In this document: positions 35,864-50,262 of the stretch, piece after piece | Numbering within the stretch: position 1 is the first letter of the stretch | Layout: every line of letters starts with the position of its first letter | Source of the DNA: Anaeromyxobacter sp. | GTDB lineage: Bacteria; Myxococcota; Myxococcia; Myxococcales; Anaeromyxobacteraceae | Length of the DNA: 64,000 nucleotides | NCBI GenBank assembly: GCA_049840735.1 | Contig: JASGJN010000013.1 | Location: 448,001 to 512,000 of the forward strand | Direction: 5' to 3' | Program-made: the position numbers and the translations under genes | The notes under the pieces: model-generated | What the model saw: the letters and a program-made list of their open reading frames with translations, nothing else | Told to the model about the DNA's origin: nothing | The model's database searches: none

Positions 35864-37185
35864 ATGCCCACGCCGTCGGTGCAGAAGACCATCGAGCAGG
35901 AGGAGATGGGCCGGCTCTTCGGCCACCTGGCCTGGGCCCGGGTCGTGGCCATCCCGGTGGCCGGCGCGCTGGCCTGCTGGCTCCTCTGGCAGGACGGCTC
36001 GGCCTGGCGCCGCCACCTGCTGGGCGGCGGGCTGGCGGTGATCTTCACCTTCTTCCTGGTCGAGTGGCTGCGCTACCGGCGCAGCGGCCTCACCCCCCAC
36101 GCCATCCGCGTCAACCTCTTCGGCGCGGCGGCGGGGATCATGGTGGTCTCGTTCGCCAGCGGCGGCATCGAGAGCCCGTTCCTCGTCACCGCGGTGCCCA
36201 TCGCCGTCCTCACCTCGGTGCTGATCCGGCCGCCGCTGCAGCTGCTGGTGCCGCTCTTCCAGATCGCCGCGGTCTGGGTCATGGCCGTGATCGGCGCCCG
36301 CGGCACCATCCCGGACTTCAACCTGGGCGCGTTCGGCGGCGGGCCGCGGGTGGGCACCGACGTGAACCACCTCTGGGCGCACGCCGGCTTCCTGACCTTC
36401 ATCCTGGTGGTCACGCAGGTGATCGGCCGGGGCGTGCGCAAGACCTTCGAGGCCATCCTGCGCCGCCGGCTGGCCGCGCAGCAGGAGTCGCTCCGGGTCC
36501 ACCAGGAGCGGGCCGAGGAGCTGACCGCGCTCTCGGCGGAGATCGCCCACGAGCTCAAGAACCCGCTGGCCAGCGTGAAGGGGCTGGCCGGGCTGCTCTC
36601 GCAGCACCTGCCGGACGGCAAGGGGGCGGAGCGGCTGGGGGTGCTGCGGCGCGAGGTGGACCGCATGCAGTCCATCCTGGACGAGTTCCTCAACTTCTCG
36701 CGGCCGCTGGTGCCGCTGGCGCTGGGGGACAGCGACGTGGCGGCGCTCTGCCGCGAGGTGGCGGCGCTGCACGAGGGCATGGCCAAGGAGCGCGGGGTGG
36801 AGCTGCTGGTCAAGGGCGGGCCGGTCAGGGTGCGCTGTGATCCACGCAAGGTGAAGCAGGTGCTGATCAACCTCCTGCAGAACGCCATCGACGCCAGCGC
36901 GCCCGGGGACGAGGTGTCGCTGGAGGCCGGGGTCCGGGAGGGCGGCGCGCTGGTGCGGGTGCTCGATCGCGGCCAGGGCGTGGACCCGTCGCTGGGCGAG
37001 GCGGTCTTCTCGCCCGGCGTCACCACCAAGAGCAGCGGCTCCGGGCTGGGGCTCACCATCGCCCGCTCGCTGGCGCGGCAGCACGGCGGCGACCTGGCCC
37101 TGACCCCGCGCACCGGGGGCGGGACCTCGGCGGAGCTGACCCTGCCGGCCCGACCCGGCGACGCCGAGGCGCCGAGGATCACCGG

Positions 37186-37189
<4 letters not shown>
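35864..37189 (+). CDS. Membrane sensor histidine kinase
   Basis: Multiple TMs, IAHELKNPL, NLLQNAIDA, GSGLGL; GGAGG RBS. Confidence 0.92.
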
Positions 37190-38607
<1,418 letters not shown>

Positions 38608-38715
38608 GCTGAGCTGCGCCTCGCCCGCCTCCCCGCCGCTCGGGCGGAGGCTCCCCGCTTTTCCGTCCGACCGGAGGGACGCGGGCCCGGCGTCCCGTCG
38701 CGAACGTGGAGGGCG

Positions 38716-39477
38716 ATGAGCCTCGCCCTGCTGGCGGTCGCCCTCCTCTGCTCGACGGCGCCCCCCGGCGCTCCACCCCAGCCGGCCTCCACCGCCGCGG
38801 CGCCGGCCGCGCCCACCGCCGCGCTGGCGGTCCCGGCCTCGGCGGCCGACCCGGCGCTGGAGGAGGCGCTGGACGCGGGCGGGGCGGCGTCGGAGGGGCT
38901 GGGGGGCGCGCTGGGCCCGGACCTGTCCCCGCGCCTGGGCCGGCCCAGGCTGGACGGCGGCGGCCTCTTGCGCGGCCGTGACCTGATGGGCGCCAGCCTG
39001 GGCACCATGGCCGGGGACGCGGCCGTGGCGGGGCTGACCTTCGGCACCTACCTGCTCTTCACCCGGGGTGTCATCTCCCCCACCGTCGGGAACTTCCGCG
39101 CCGCCGGCCTCACCCTGGCGGCCGGGGCGTTGCTGCTGCCGCCGCTGGGGGCCACGCTGGGCGGGTCGCTCTTCCACCGCGGCCCGCGCGACGGCGCCGC
39201 CTGGAAGGCCTTCCTGCTCTCGCTCCTGGGCCACTCGGCGGCGCTGATGGTGGCCTACATGGCCGCGCCGCAGTACTGGGCGCTGGTGCCGGTGCAGCTG
39301 GGGCTGATGGCCCCGGGCACGTCGCTGGGGCTGAACTGGGGGCCGGGGCACCGCGGGCTGGCCAGCGAGCGCCCGCCCGGCCCATCGGCGGACGCCGCCC
39401 CGGCGCGCCCAGCGCCCGGCCCAGCCCCGTTCGCGCTGGGGCCGACCTGCCCGATAGCAGGGTCGATTCCCGGCTAA
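38716..39477 (+). CDS. Hypothetical membrane protein
   Basis: GGAGG RBS, signal peptide, Gly-rich hydrophobic segments. Confidence 0.6.
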   Translation: MSLALLAVALLCSTAPPGAPPQPASTAAAPAAPTAALAVPASAADPALEEALDAGGAASEGLGGALGPDLSPRLGRPRLDGGGLLRGRDLMGASLGTMAGDAAVAGLTFGTYLLFTRGVISPTVGNFRAAGLTLAAGALLLPPLGATLGGSLFHRGPRDGAAWKAFLLSLLGHSAALMVAYMAAPQYWALVPVQLGLMAPGTSLGLNWGPGHRGLASERPPGPSADAAPARPAPGPAPFALGPTCPIAGSIPG

Positions 39478-39945
39478 CGCTTGCCGTCCAGCTTGCGGAG
39501 CAGCCGGGCGTGCCCGGCGTCCTGCCCGGCCAGCAGCTGGAAGAAGGCCCGGACGTCGGGGTGGGCCGTGCGGGCGATCACCTCGGCGTGGGCGCTGCCG
39601 ACCCGCTCCTCCAGCCGGACCACGTTCTCGAGCACCTGGGCCAGGGTCCGGCCGAAGCGCCCGTCCTGCATCTGCGCGATGGCCTCCTGCACCTCGACCA
39701 CCGTCCGCTCCAGCTCGGCCACGGCCTGCGCGCTGGGCGTGCCCAGGATCTTCGGGTCGTGCCGGTAGCGGGACGCCAGGAGCCGCACGCGGCTGGCGTG
39801 CTGGACCTCCTCCGCCTGCAGGCGCTGGAACACCTCGCGCGCCTCCGGGTCGGAGCTGAACCGGGCCGCCAGCACCCCGTAGCCCTCGGCCGAGAGCTGC
39901 TCGATCTGCTCCGCGAGAGCGAAGATTCTGGTACGTGGTGGCCAA
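39474..39945 (-). CDS. Ferritin-like/rubrerythrin-domain protein (apparent +1 frameshift at 39924-39928)
   Basis: Repaired MATTYQIFALAEQIE..; EEVQH and QDAGH helix motifs. Confidence 0.7.
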
Positions 39946-40136
39946 CCCCGTGAAGGTACCCGGGCCCACCTGCCCCGACAAGCCGGGGGGCCAGGGGACG
40001 CCCCTCACGCGGCCGCCCCCCCTGCCCCGAGAGCAGGTTGCGCCTGGCCGGCCAGGCGGCCTCCCCCGCCGGCCCGCACCTGAGCACGGGCCCCCCGGCC
40101 CGGGCTGGGTTATCTTCGGCGCCCAACGGAGGTCAC

Positions 40137-41768
40137 ATGGGCAACGGCCGCTTCCGCATCCCCGAGCCGCGCAACGAGCCGGTCCTCTCCTACGCCCCGG
40201 GCACGCCCGAGCGCGCCGCCCTCAAGGCGGCGCTGACCGAGCAGGGTGGCCACGAGCTGGAGATCCCGCTGGTGATCGGCGGCCGCGAGGTCCGGACCGG
40301 CCGCATGGCGGAGATCCGGGTCCCGCACCGCCACGCGCAGCGGATCGCCCGCTACCACCAGGCCGGGCCGGCCGAGGTGCAGGCCGCCATCGAGGCGGCG
40401 CTGGAGGCGCGCAGGTCCTGGGCGGCGCTGGAGCCGCACGACCGGGCCGCCATCCTGCTGCGCGCGGCCGACCTGCTGGCCGGCCCCTGGCGGCAGCGGC
40501 TCAACGCCGCCACCATGCTGGGCCAGTCCAAGACCGCCTACCAGGCGGAGATCGACTCGGCCTGCGAGACCATCGACTTCTTCCGCTGGAACCCGCACTT
40601 CATGGAGCGGCTGCTCTCCGACCAGCCCCACTCGCCGCCCGGCCAGTGGAACCGGCTGGAGTGCCGGCCGCTGGAGGGGTTCGTCTTCGCGGTCACGCCC
40701 TTCAACTTCACCGCCATCGCCGCCAACCTGCCCACCGCACCGGCGCTGATGGGCAACACCGTGGTCTGGAAGCCGGCCTCCACCGCCGTCTACTCCAACT
40801 GGCACCTCTTCAAGCTGCTGGAGGCGGCCGGGCTGCCGCCGGGCGTGATCAACTTCGTCCCTGGCCCCGGGCGCGCGGTGGGGGACCCGGCCCTGGCCAG
40901 CCCGGACCTGGCCGGCATCCACTTCACCGGCTCCACCGGCGTGTTCCAGCAGATGTGGCGGACCATCGGCGAGAACCTGCCGCGCTACCACGGCTACCCG
41001 CGCATCGTGGGCGAGACCGGCGGCAAGGACTTCGTCTTCGTGCACCCCTCGGCCGACGTGGACGCCGCCGCCGTGGGGCTGGTGCGCGGCGCCTTCGAGT
41101 ACCAGGGGCAGAAGTGCTCGGCCGCCTCGCGCGCCTACATCCCCGAGAGCCTCTGGCCGGCCATCCGCGAGCGGCTGCTGGCCATGGTGGAGGCCATCCG
41201 GGTGGGCGAGGTGGAGGACTTCACCAACTTCATGGGCGCGGTGATCGACCGCGGCAGCTTCGAGTCGCTCAAGAAGGCCATCAACTCGGCCCGCGACTCC
41301 TCGCAGGCCAAGATCATCGCCGGCGGCACCTGCGACGACTCCACCGGCTTCTTCATCGAGCCGACCATCATCGAGACGGTCAACCCGCGCTTCAAGCTGA
41401 TGGAGGAGGAGCTGTTCGGCCCGGTGCTGACGGTCTTCGTCTACGCCGACATCCGCCTGGACGAGGCGCTGGAGCTGTGCGGCTCCACCTCGCCCTACGG
41501 CCTCACCGGCGCGGTCTTCGCCCGCGATCGGGACGCCATCGCGGACCTGACCCGGCGGCTCACCGACGCGGCCGGCAACTTCTACATCAACGACAAGCCC
41601 ACCGGCGCGGTGGTGGGCCAGCAGCCGTTCGGCGGGGCGCGGGCCTCGGGCACCAACGACAAGGCCGGCTCCATCGCCAACCTCTACCGCTGGACCTCGC
41701 TCCGCTCCGTCAAGGAGACGTTCGACCCGCCGACGCGGTTCGAGTACCCGTTCATGAAGGAGAAGTGA
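40137..41768 (+). CDS. pruA: L-glutamate gamma-semialdehyde (P5C) dehydrogenase
   Basis: NEPVLSY, PFNFTAI, FTGST, GETGGKDF, FEYQGQKCSA, NDKPTGAVVGQQPFGG. Confidence 0.95.
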   Translation: MGNGRFRIPEPRNEPVLSYAPGTPERAALKAALTEQGGHELEIPLVIGGREVRTGRMAEIRVPHRHAQRIARYHQAGPAEVQAAIEAALEARRSWAALEPHDRAAILLRAADLLAGPWRQRLNAATMLGQSKTAYQAEIDSACETIDFFRWNPHFMERLLSDQPHSPPGQWNRLECRPLEGFVFAVTPFNFTAIAANLPTAPALMGNTVVWKPASTAVYSNWHLFKLLEAAGLPPGVINFVPGPGRAVGDPALASPDLAGIHFTGSTGVFQQMWRTIGENLPRYHGYPRIVGETGGKDFVFVHPSADVDAAAVGLVRGAFEYQGQKCSAASRAYIPESLWPAIRERLLAMVEAIRVGEVEDFTNFMGAVIDRGSFESLKKAINSARDSSQAKIIAGGTCDDSTGFFIEPTIIETVNPRFKLMEEELFGPVLTVFVYADIRLDEALELCGSTSPYGLTGAVFARDRDAIADLTRRLTDAAGNFYINDKPTGAVVGQQPFGGARASGTNDKAGSIANLYRWTSLRSVKETFDPPTRFEYPFMKEK

Positions 41769-43159
41769 CGGGCAGCGTCACCCGGAACACCGTCCCCTGC
41801 CCCGGCGCGCTCTCCGCCTGGATGGCGCCGCCGTGCGCCTCGGCGATGCGGCGCGCCAGGGCCAGCCCCAGCCCCACGCCGCCGGCGCTGCGCGCCCGGC
41901 TGCGGTCGGTCCGGAAGAAGGGCGTGAACAGCCGCGGCAGGTCCTCCGGCGCGACGCCGATGCCCTGATCCCGCACCTCCAGCACCAGCTCCGCGGCGCC
42001 GGCCCGCGCCGAGAGCCGCACCGGCGCGGGCGGCTCGGAGTACTTGGCGGCGTTGTCGAGCAGGTTGGCCAGCAGCCGGCGCAGCAGCGCCGCGTCACCG
42101 CTGATCACCGGGAGGCCGGCCGGCACCTCCAGCGCCAGCGCCCGGTCCGGCCAGCGCCCGCGGAAGGCCGCCGCGGCCGCCTCCACCACCTCGCCCGGCG
42201 CCACCGGCGCGCGCTGCACCGGCAGGCCGCCGGCCGGCCCCAGGTCGAGGCGCGCGGTGGAGAGCACGTCCTCCACCAGCCGGTCCAGCTCGGCCAGGTC
42301 GGTCCCAATCTCCCCCAGGAACCGTCGCGCCCGCTCCAGGTCCCCTTCGGCTGCCAGCTCCAGCGCCACGCGGATGCGGGCCAGCGGCGTGCGCAGCTCG
42401 TGCGAGACGTTGGCCAGCAGCTCCTTCTCGCTGCGGACCAGCCGCTCCAGCCGCTCCGCCATCTCGTCGAAGGCGCCCCCCAGCTCCCCCACCTCGCCGC
42501 GCCCGCGCACGCCCGAGCGGGCCGTGAGGTCGCCCCCGCCCAGCGCGCGGGCCGCCGCGGTGAGCCGCTGCACCGGCGCGGCGATGGAGCGGGCCAGCGG
42601 CACCGAGCCGAGCGCCAGCGCGAAGAGCACGGCGCCCAGCGCCAGCGCGGCGCGCTCGGGGTGGTGGTCGCTTGGGGCGCGGGAGAAGAGCACGCGCCCG
42701 CCCTCGGGCAGCGGGACGGCGTAGCCCATCCCGCGCCCCTCCAGCCGCACCGGGCCGCGGCCCGCGTCCGGCGGGGCGCGCAGAGGGGGGCGCGCGCTGC
42801 TCGCCAGCAGGCTCCCGTCGGCGCCCCACACGCTGGCCTCGAATCCCGAACACCTGCGCCACCCGCCCCAGCTCCGCCTGCAGGCGGACCGGGTCCCCGC
42901 GCAGCGCCTCCACCTGCCCGGCGCCGTAGCCGGCCACCGCGTCCGGCTCGCGCCACCAGGCGTCGCGGTTGAAGGCCCAGGAGACGAAGCCCACCGCCAG
43001 CGCCACCAGCACCAGCAGCAGGAGCCCGTGGCCGTAGATGCGCCAGAACATCCAGCCGTGGGCGCGGCCGTGGCCGTGGTGCCAGGCGTGCGGGGCGCAG
43101 CCGTGTGGGTGGTCGTGGGGCGCGTGCCCGGGGTGGTGCCGGCGCCGGTGGAGCCTCAC
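41752..43159 (-). CDS. HAMP sensor histidine kinase with His-rich N-terminus (apparent +1 frameshift at 42841-42845)
   Basis: SHELRTPL, NLLDNAAKY, GVGLGL; overlaps response regulator stop. Confidence 0.88.
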
Positions 43160-43872
43160 CCGTCCTCCTCGGCCAGCACGTAGCCGGAGCCGCGCACGGT
43201 CTTGATGAGCCGCGGCCGCTTGGGATCGTCCCCCAGCTTCTGGCGCAGGCGCGAGACGTGGACGTCGATGGAGCGGTCGAAGGCGTCCTCGGCGCTGCCC
43301 CGCGCCAGCTCCATCAGCTGCTCGCGGGTCAGCACCCGCCCGGCCCGGCGGGCCAGCGCCTCCAGCAGCGTGAACTCGTAGCCGGTGAGGGCGATCTCCC
43401 GGCCGGCCAGCGTGACCTTCCGCGCGCCCGGGTCCACCGTCAGCCCGCCCACGCGCACCAGCCCGCGGGCCGGCCCGGCCCGCCCCTTGGCGCGCCTGGT
43501 GACCGCGCGCAGCCGGGCCAGCAGCTCGCGCGGCGAGTAGGGCTTGGCCAGGTAGTCGTCGGCCCCCAGCTCCAGCCCCATGACCCGGTCCGCCTCCTCG
43601 CCCCGGGCGGTGAGGACCAGGATGGGCACGTCGGAGCGTGCCCGCAGCTCGCGGCAGACCTCCAGCCCGTCCTTGCCCGGGAGCATCAGGTCGAGCAGCA
43701 CCGCGTCGTAGCGGCCGGAGGCCCCCTCGGCCAGCCCGCGCGGCCCGTCAGCCACGTGCACCACCGCCACCCCGTGGCTCTCGAGGTACTCGCGGGTGAG
43801 CGAGGCCAGCCGCTGGTCGTCCTCGACCAGCAGCACGAGCAGCGGGGTGGCGGGGTCGGTCACGGCGTGCAT
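43156..43872 (-). CDS. OmpR-family response regulator
   Basis: VEDD, LDLMLP, GADDYLAKP, RSIDVHVSRLRQKL, TVRGSGY. Confidence 0.95.
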   Translation of the reverse strand: MHAVTDPATPLLVLLVEDDQRLASLTREYLESHGVAVVHVADGPRGLAEGASGRYDAVLLDLMLPGKDGLEVCRELRARSDVPILVLTARGEEADRVMGLELGADDYLAKPYSPRELLARLRAVTRRAKGRAGPARGLVRVGGLTVDPGARKVTLAGREIALTGYEFTLLEALARRAGRVLTREQLMELARGSAEDAFDRSIDVHVSRLRQKLGDDPKRPRLIKTVRGSGYVLAEEDG

Positions 43873-43995
43873 CCTAGCGCGGACGGGGGCGGACCGGCTT
43901 GCGGCGGCGGCGCGGGGGCGCGGCGGCGGCCGGGACGGGGACCGGCGCCGCGGCCAGCGCGGCCCCCGGCCAGATGAGCCAGAGCAGCGGGATCA

Positions 43996-44442
43996 TCACT
44001 CGCCCATGTGGCGCTCGACCTTGCGGGTCAGCTTGGCGCGCTGGTCGGGGGTGAGGACGTCGTGCACCTCCACGCCGGCGTCCACCGCCTGGTGCGCCAG
44101 GGCCCGCATGGCCTCGAACCGCTGGTCCACCAGGGCGTGCAGCCGGGCCTTGTCCGGCTGCTCGGCCTTCCACTGCGCCAGGAACTCCTGGTGCACGGCG
44201 GCCGAGTCGGCGTGCAGCGCCTGGCCGGAGGCCAGCATGCGATCCTTGACCGCCAGGATCTGCTGCCGCTGCGCCTCGGTGGCGTCCACGTCGTCCAGCG
44301 CGTCCTCCACCCGGCCGGTCACGAAGGCGGCCACCTGGGCCGGGTCGTGGGCCCGGTGGCAGGCGTGGCGGAAGCCGGTCAGGACCAGGAATCCGGCGGC
44401 CACCAGGGCGACGGTGCCGGTGGCGATGAGGGTCTTCTTCAT
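43996..44442 (-). CDS. Spy/CpxP/ZraP-like periplasmic protein
   Basis: Signal peptide; ATEAQ and LTPDQR (LTXXQ) motifs. Confidence 0.85.
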   Translation of the reverse strand: MKKTLIATGTVALVAAGFLVLTGFRHACHRAHDPAQVAAFVTGRVEDALDDVDATEAQRQQILAVKDRMLASGQALHADSAAVHQEFLAQWKAEQPDKARLHALVDQRFEAMRALAHQAVDAGVEVHDVLTPDQRAKLTRKVERHMGE

Positions 44443-44480
44443 GGCTTTGCTCCTCCCCGGCTCCAGGCCGGGCATGGGTT

Positions 44481-44531
44481 CCCTGGCCTTCGACTCCGCC
44501 GCCTCCGGCGGCTACGCGCAGGCCGAACGGG
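44481..44531 (+). repeat. REP-like repeat, full copy
   Basis: CCCTGGCCTTCGACTCCG-hairpin-CTACGCGCAGGCCGAACGGG. Confidence 0.7.
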
Positions 44532-44654
44532 CCAGGATTCGGGGGCCAGGCGCAGGAGCAGGATGCGCGGCGCCCGCGGAGCAGGCTTGTCCGGAACTTG
44601 AAGAAACGTTAACTGTCCCGGCCGCACCCCGGGACACCCGGGGCGCCCCTCGCC

Positions 44655-46673
<2,019 letters not shown>

Positions 46674-47295
46674 GGGCGCCGTCGCGGCGGAACGTCCCCT
46701 CGAAGACCAGCTCGGCGACGGGGCGGCGGCCGTTGGGCTGCTCGCGCAGCCGGACCGCCTCGGGCAGCACGGCCGCGTCGCCCCGGCGGCCGATGGCGAT
46801 GAAGACCTCGACCTGCTGGTCGTCGGGCACCTGGAGGCTGGTGCGGGCCCGCTCCCTGTCCACGCCGCCCAGCGCGTGGGCGCTCCAGCCCCACAGGTGC
46901 GCCTGCAGCGCCAGCTGCGCCCAGGCGGCGCCCGCGTCGAAGGAGTGGTAGGGCGAGGGCACCGGGGCGTCCGCGCCGGGGAGCGTCAGCAGCTTGAACG
47001 AGGTGAGCGCGACCAGCGCCGAGGCCCGCTCGGCCCAGAGCTGGTTCGCCGGCAGGAGCAGCGAGTGGAGCCGCTCGAACGCCGGCGTGCCGCGGAGCCC
47101 GTACACGAAGCGCCAGGGCTGGGAGTTGGCTGCCGAGGGTGCCCAGCGGGCCGCCTCGAACAGGCCCTGCAGCGTCTCCAGGGGGAGCGGCTCGCCGGTG
47201 AAGGCGCGCGGGGACCAGCGCTCGTGGAAGAAGGGCGCGATGGTGTGGTCGGGGCTGCGGGCGGTGGCTGCGGTCATGTGGACACCTCGGAAGGC

Positions 47296-48447
47296 TCAGG
47301 CGCGGACGCGGGACTGCAGGGCGGGGGCAAGGTCGGTGCGCTCCATGACGAAGCCGCCGTCGGCCGCTGGCGTGCGGCCGAAGTGGCCGTACGCCGCGGT
47401 GCGGGCGTAGATGGGCCGGGCCAGGTCCAGGCGCTCGCGGATGGCGCGCGGGGTGAGCGAGACGGTCTCCCGCAGCGCCTGGGCGATGCGCGCGTCCGGG
47501 ATGACGCCGGTGCCGCGGGTGTCCACGTAGAGCGCGAGCGGCTCGGCCACGCCGATGGCGTACGCCAGCTGGATCAGGCAGCGGTCGGCCAGCCCGGCCG
47601 CCACCACGTTCTTGGCCAGGTAGCGGGCCGCGTAGGCGGCGGAGCGGTCCACCTTGGACGGGTCCTTGCCGGAGAAGGCCCCGCCGCCGTGGGGCGCGCG
47701 GCCGCCGTAGGTGTCCACGATGATCTTGCGGCCGGTCAGGCCCGTGTCGGCCGCCGGCCCGCCATGCACGAACGAGCCGGTGGGGTTCACCAGGATCCGG
47801 GTCTCCGGCCCCAGCCAGCCCTCCGGCAGGACGTCCCTGAGCACCTGCTCCACCAAATCCCGGAGCGCGGCGTTCGAGAGCCGGCGGTCATGCTGGTGCG
47901 AGACGACCGCCGTGTGGACCCGCACCGGGCGGCCGTCCACGTACTCCACCGTGAGCTGCGACTTCCCGTCCGGGCCCAGGTCCGTGTCGCCCGCCTTCCG
48001 GCGCGCCGCGAAGCGCTCCAGGATCCGGTGGGCATACTGGAGCGGCGCCGGCATCAGCTCGGGCGTCTCGCGCACCGCGTAGCCGAACATCAGCCCCTGA
48101 TCGCCGGCGCCCTCCTCGCCGCTCGCCTGGTCCACGCCCTGGGCGATCTCGGCCGACTGCTCGTGCACGTGCGCCTCGACGGCGACGGTGTCCCAGGAGA
48201 ACCCGGGCGCCGCGTAGCCGATGTCGCGCACCGCCTGCCGGACCAGCGCCTCCAGGTCCACGCGAGGCCCGCGGACCTCGCCGGCCACCACCACGCGATC
48301 GGTGGTGACGAGCGTCTCGATGGCGACCCGGGCGCGCTGGGCCTCTCGCAGGTGGGCGTCGAGGATCTCGTCGGAGATGCGGTCGGCCACCTTGTCCGGG
48401 TGGCCCTCTGAGACGGACTCACTGGTGAAGAGCGTGTGCTGGGGCAT
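47296..48447 (-). CDS. metK: S-adenosylmethionine synthetase
   Basis: [49 protein letters not shown]. Confidence 0.97.
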   Translation of the reverse strand: MPQHTLFTSESVSEGHPDKVADRISDEILDAHLREAQRARVAIETLVTTDRVVVAGEVRGPRVDLEALVRQAVRDIGYAAPGFSWDTVAVEAHVHEQSAEIAQGVDQASGEEGAGDQGLMFGYAVRETPELMPAPLQYAHRILERFAARRKAGDTDLGPDGKSQLTVEYVDGRPVRVHTAVVSHQHDRRLSNAALRDLVEQVLRDVLPEGWLGPETRILVNPTGSFVHGGPAADTGLTGRKIIVDTYGGRAPHGGGAFSGKDPSKVDRSAAYAARYLAKNVVAAGLADRCLIQLAYAIGVAEPLALYVDTRGTGVIPDARIAQALRETVSLTPRAIRERLDLARPIYARTAAYGHFGRTPAADGGFVMERTDLAPALQSRVRA

Positions 48448-48459
48448 GCCCTGCGCCTC

Positions 48460-48475
48460 TGCACGCCCGATGCCG
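48460..48475 (-). promoter_or_regulatory. Putative sigma54 promoter of metK
   Basis: CGGCAT-CGGGC-GTGCA on minus strand; implied start site almost at the ATG. Confidence 0.5.
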
Positions 48476-48493
48476 AAGGCCGGCAGCGGCACG

Positions 48494-48507
48494 TCTCGCA
48501 TAACGGA
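48494..48507. promoter_or_regulatory. Island operator copy (degenerate)
   Basis: TCTCGCATAACGGA, 10/14 to TCCGTTATAACGGA. Confidence 0.55.
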
Positions 48508-48667
48508 TGCCGATCACTCCGGCGGCCCGTGCCCCTTGAAGGGCGCCCGTCGCGGGCCACGGGAGCGCCGCCACCCGCGCTGGTTTCCCCTGTGGCGCTG
48601 TCATCATCGCGCAGGGCTGAGCGGGCGCCACACGCTGCTCGGCACGCTCGCTCGCCCAGAAGCACCG

Positions 48668-48681
48668 TCCGCTATAACGGA
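48668..48681. promoter_or_regulatory. Island operator copy
   Basis: TCCGCTATAACGGA, 13/14. Confidence 0.75.
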
Positions 48682-48725
48682 TACGGCGCGCGACGGACGC
48701 CTCCGGGCGCGCTCCCCGCCGGCCC

Positions 48726-48741
48726 GGGCCCGTGGCTTGCA
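48726..48741 (+). promoter_or_regulatory. Putative sigma54 promoter of the porin-ABC-nif-like operon
   Basis: GGGCCC-GTGGC-TTGCA (GG-N10-GC) 36 bp before GTG. Confidence 0.55.
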
Positions 48742-48777
48742 CAGCTCGCCGTCCACCCCGCCCACGGAGCCCACCAC

Positions 48778-50241
48778 GTGAAGACAACGCTTCTCCTCGG
48801 AACGCTCACCCTCACGCTCGCCGCCCCGGCCGCCGCCCAGCAGCAGCCCGCGGGGCGCGCGCCCGCCGCGGCGCCCCAGCCTCCCCCGACGCTGGCCCAG
48901 GAGGTCGAGGCCCTTCGCCAGCAGGTGAAGGCGCTCGAGGCCCAGGTCCAGCGGGCCCCCGTCACGCCCCAGGACGTGCAGGGCGTGCAGGCCGACCTGG
49001 AGAACTTCAAGTACCAGGTCCAGCGGGACCGCGAGACCAAGACCGCGCTCAGCAGCCGCAACCTCACCATCGGCGGCCTGGTCCAGACGCGCGCCGCCTG
49101 GTTCTCCTCGGACATCAGCACCCCGCTCGACCCGAAGGAGGCGGCCACCTCGGTCAACAACCCGCTGATCCTGGAGGACCGCAAGACCACCTTCGACATC
49201 CCCAACGCCATCGTCACCTTCAACGGCCTGCTCTACCGCGACTACGAGTCGGCCCGGAACCTGGGCTTCAGCGTGGGCTTCGCGGCCTCGCCCGGCTCCA
49301 GCAACGCCGGCCTGGGGAACGCCAACTACAACAGCTTCCTCACGCTCCTGGACGCGAACGTCACCTACCAGGCGCTGCCCACCATCGAGAACGACGGCAA
49401 CCGGCTCTCCTTCACGCTCGGGCAGCAGCTCGTGCCGTTCGGCACCGAGGCCAGCGCCCCCGAGGACCTGAAGCCCACCATCGTGAACGCCCAGTTCGTG
49501 CCCAACGGCGGCTTCAACGTGCGCCAGATCGGCCTCATCGCGCGCGGCGAGCTCTTCTCGCAGTACGACTTCGGCTACAACTACCGGCAGGCGGCGCTGG
49601 CCTTCGCGCTGGGCATCGTCAACGGCACCGGGCCCAACCGCGACGACGAGAACGCCTTCAAGGACGTGGTGGCGCGCGTCGCCTTCACCGTCCCCGCCGA
49701 GTACAACTCCTGGCTCCGCGAGCTGCGCGTGGGGGCGTCGGCGTACATCGGCCGGCCCCTGCTGAGCGGCGCGTCGGAGTCCGGCGGCAGCGTGGTGGCC
49801 CAGGGGAACGGCGTCCGCAACCGCTACGGCGTGGACGTCTACTACAACCACTTCCCCTGGGGCGTGACCTACGAGTACCTGCGGGCGCAGGACGACGTGT
49901 GGAGCGCGACCACCTTCGAGAAGGTCCGGTTCGACCGCAGCGGCCACACCGCCACCGTCTTCTACTCCTTCGGTCAGCAGTTCCTGCGCAGCATCAAGAC
50001 GCAGGCCAAGTACGACGACTGGTGGCCCAAGACCTACCAGCCCTTCATCCGCTTCGATCGCTGGACCCCCGACCAGGACCAGCCCCGGGCCACCAACGAC
50101 ATCGCCACCCTCGGCTTCAACGTCTTCTTCGCCGAGACCACCAAGGCCCAGCTCGAGTGGCACCACCGCGTCCAGCACGTGGTCGACGCCGACAGCGTCA
50201 GCTCGGACGAGGTCCTCGCGCAGCTCCAGTTCGGCTTCTGA
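48778..50241 (+). CDS. Outer-membrane porin (OprO/P-like architecture)
   Basis: Signal peptide, coiled coil, aromatic beta-strands, GQQLVPFG, C-terminal QLQFGF. Confidence 0.8.
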   Translation: MKTTLLLGTLTLTLAAPAAAQQQPAGRAPAAAPQPPPTLAQEVEALRQQVKALEAQVQRAPVTPQDVQGVQADLENFKYQVQRDRETKTALSSRNLTIGGLVQTRAAWFSSDISTPLDPKEAATSVNNPLILEDRKTTFDIPNAIVTFNGLLYRDYESARNLGFSVGFAASPGSSNAGLGNANYNSFLTLLDANVTYQALPTIENDGNRLSFTLGQQLVPFGTEASAPEDLKPTIVNAQFVPNGGFNVRQIGLIARGELFSQYDFGYNYRQAALAFALGIVNGTGPNRDDENAFKDVVARVAFTVPAEYNSWLRELRVGASAYIGRPLLSGASESGGSVVAQGNGVRNRYGVDVYYNHFPWGVTYEYLRAQDDVWSATTFEKVRFDRSGHTATVFYSFGQQFLRSIKTQAKYDDWWPKTYQPFIRFDRWTPDQDQPRATNDIATLGFNVFFAETTKAQLEWHHRVQHVVDADSVSSDEVLAQLQFGF

Positions 50242-50262
50242 CCCGCCCCCGGAGAGAGAACC

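Noticed and set aside
48640..48655. Extra sigma54 promoter CGGCACGCTCGCTCGC
   Set aside because: GG-to-GC spacing is 11, not 10
48448..48777. SAM riboswitch upstream of metK
   Set aside because: No SAM-I/II core recognisable by eye; an Rfam scan would settle it
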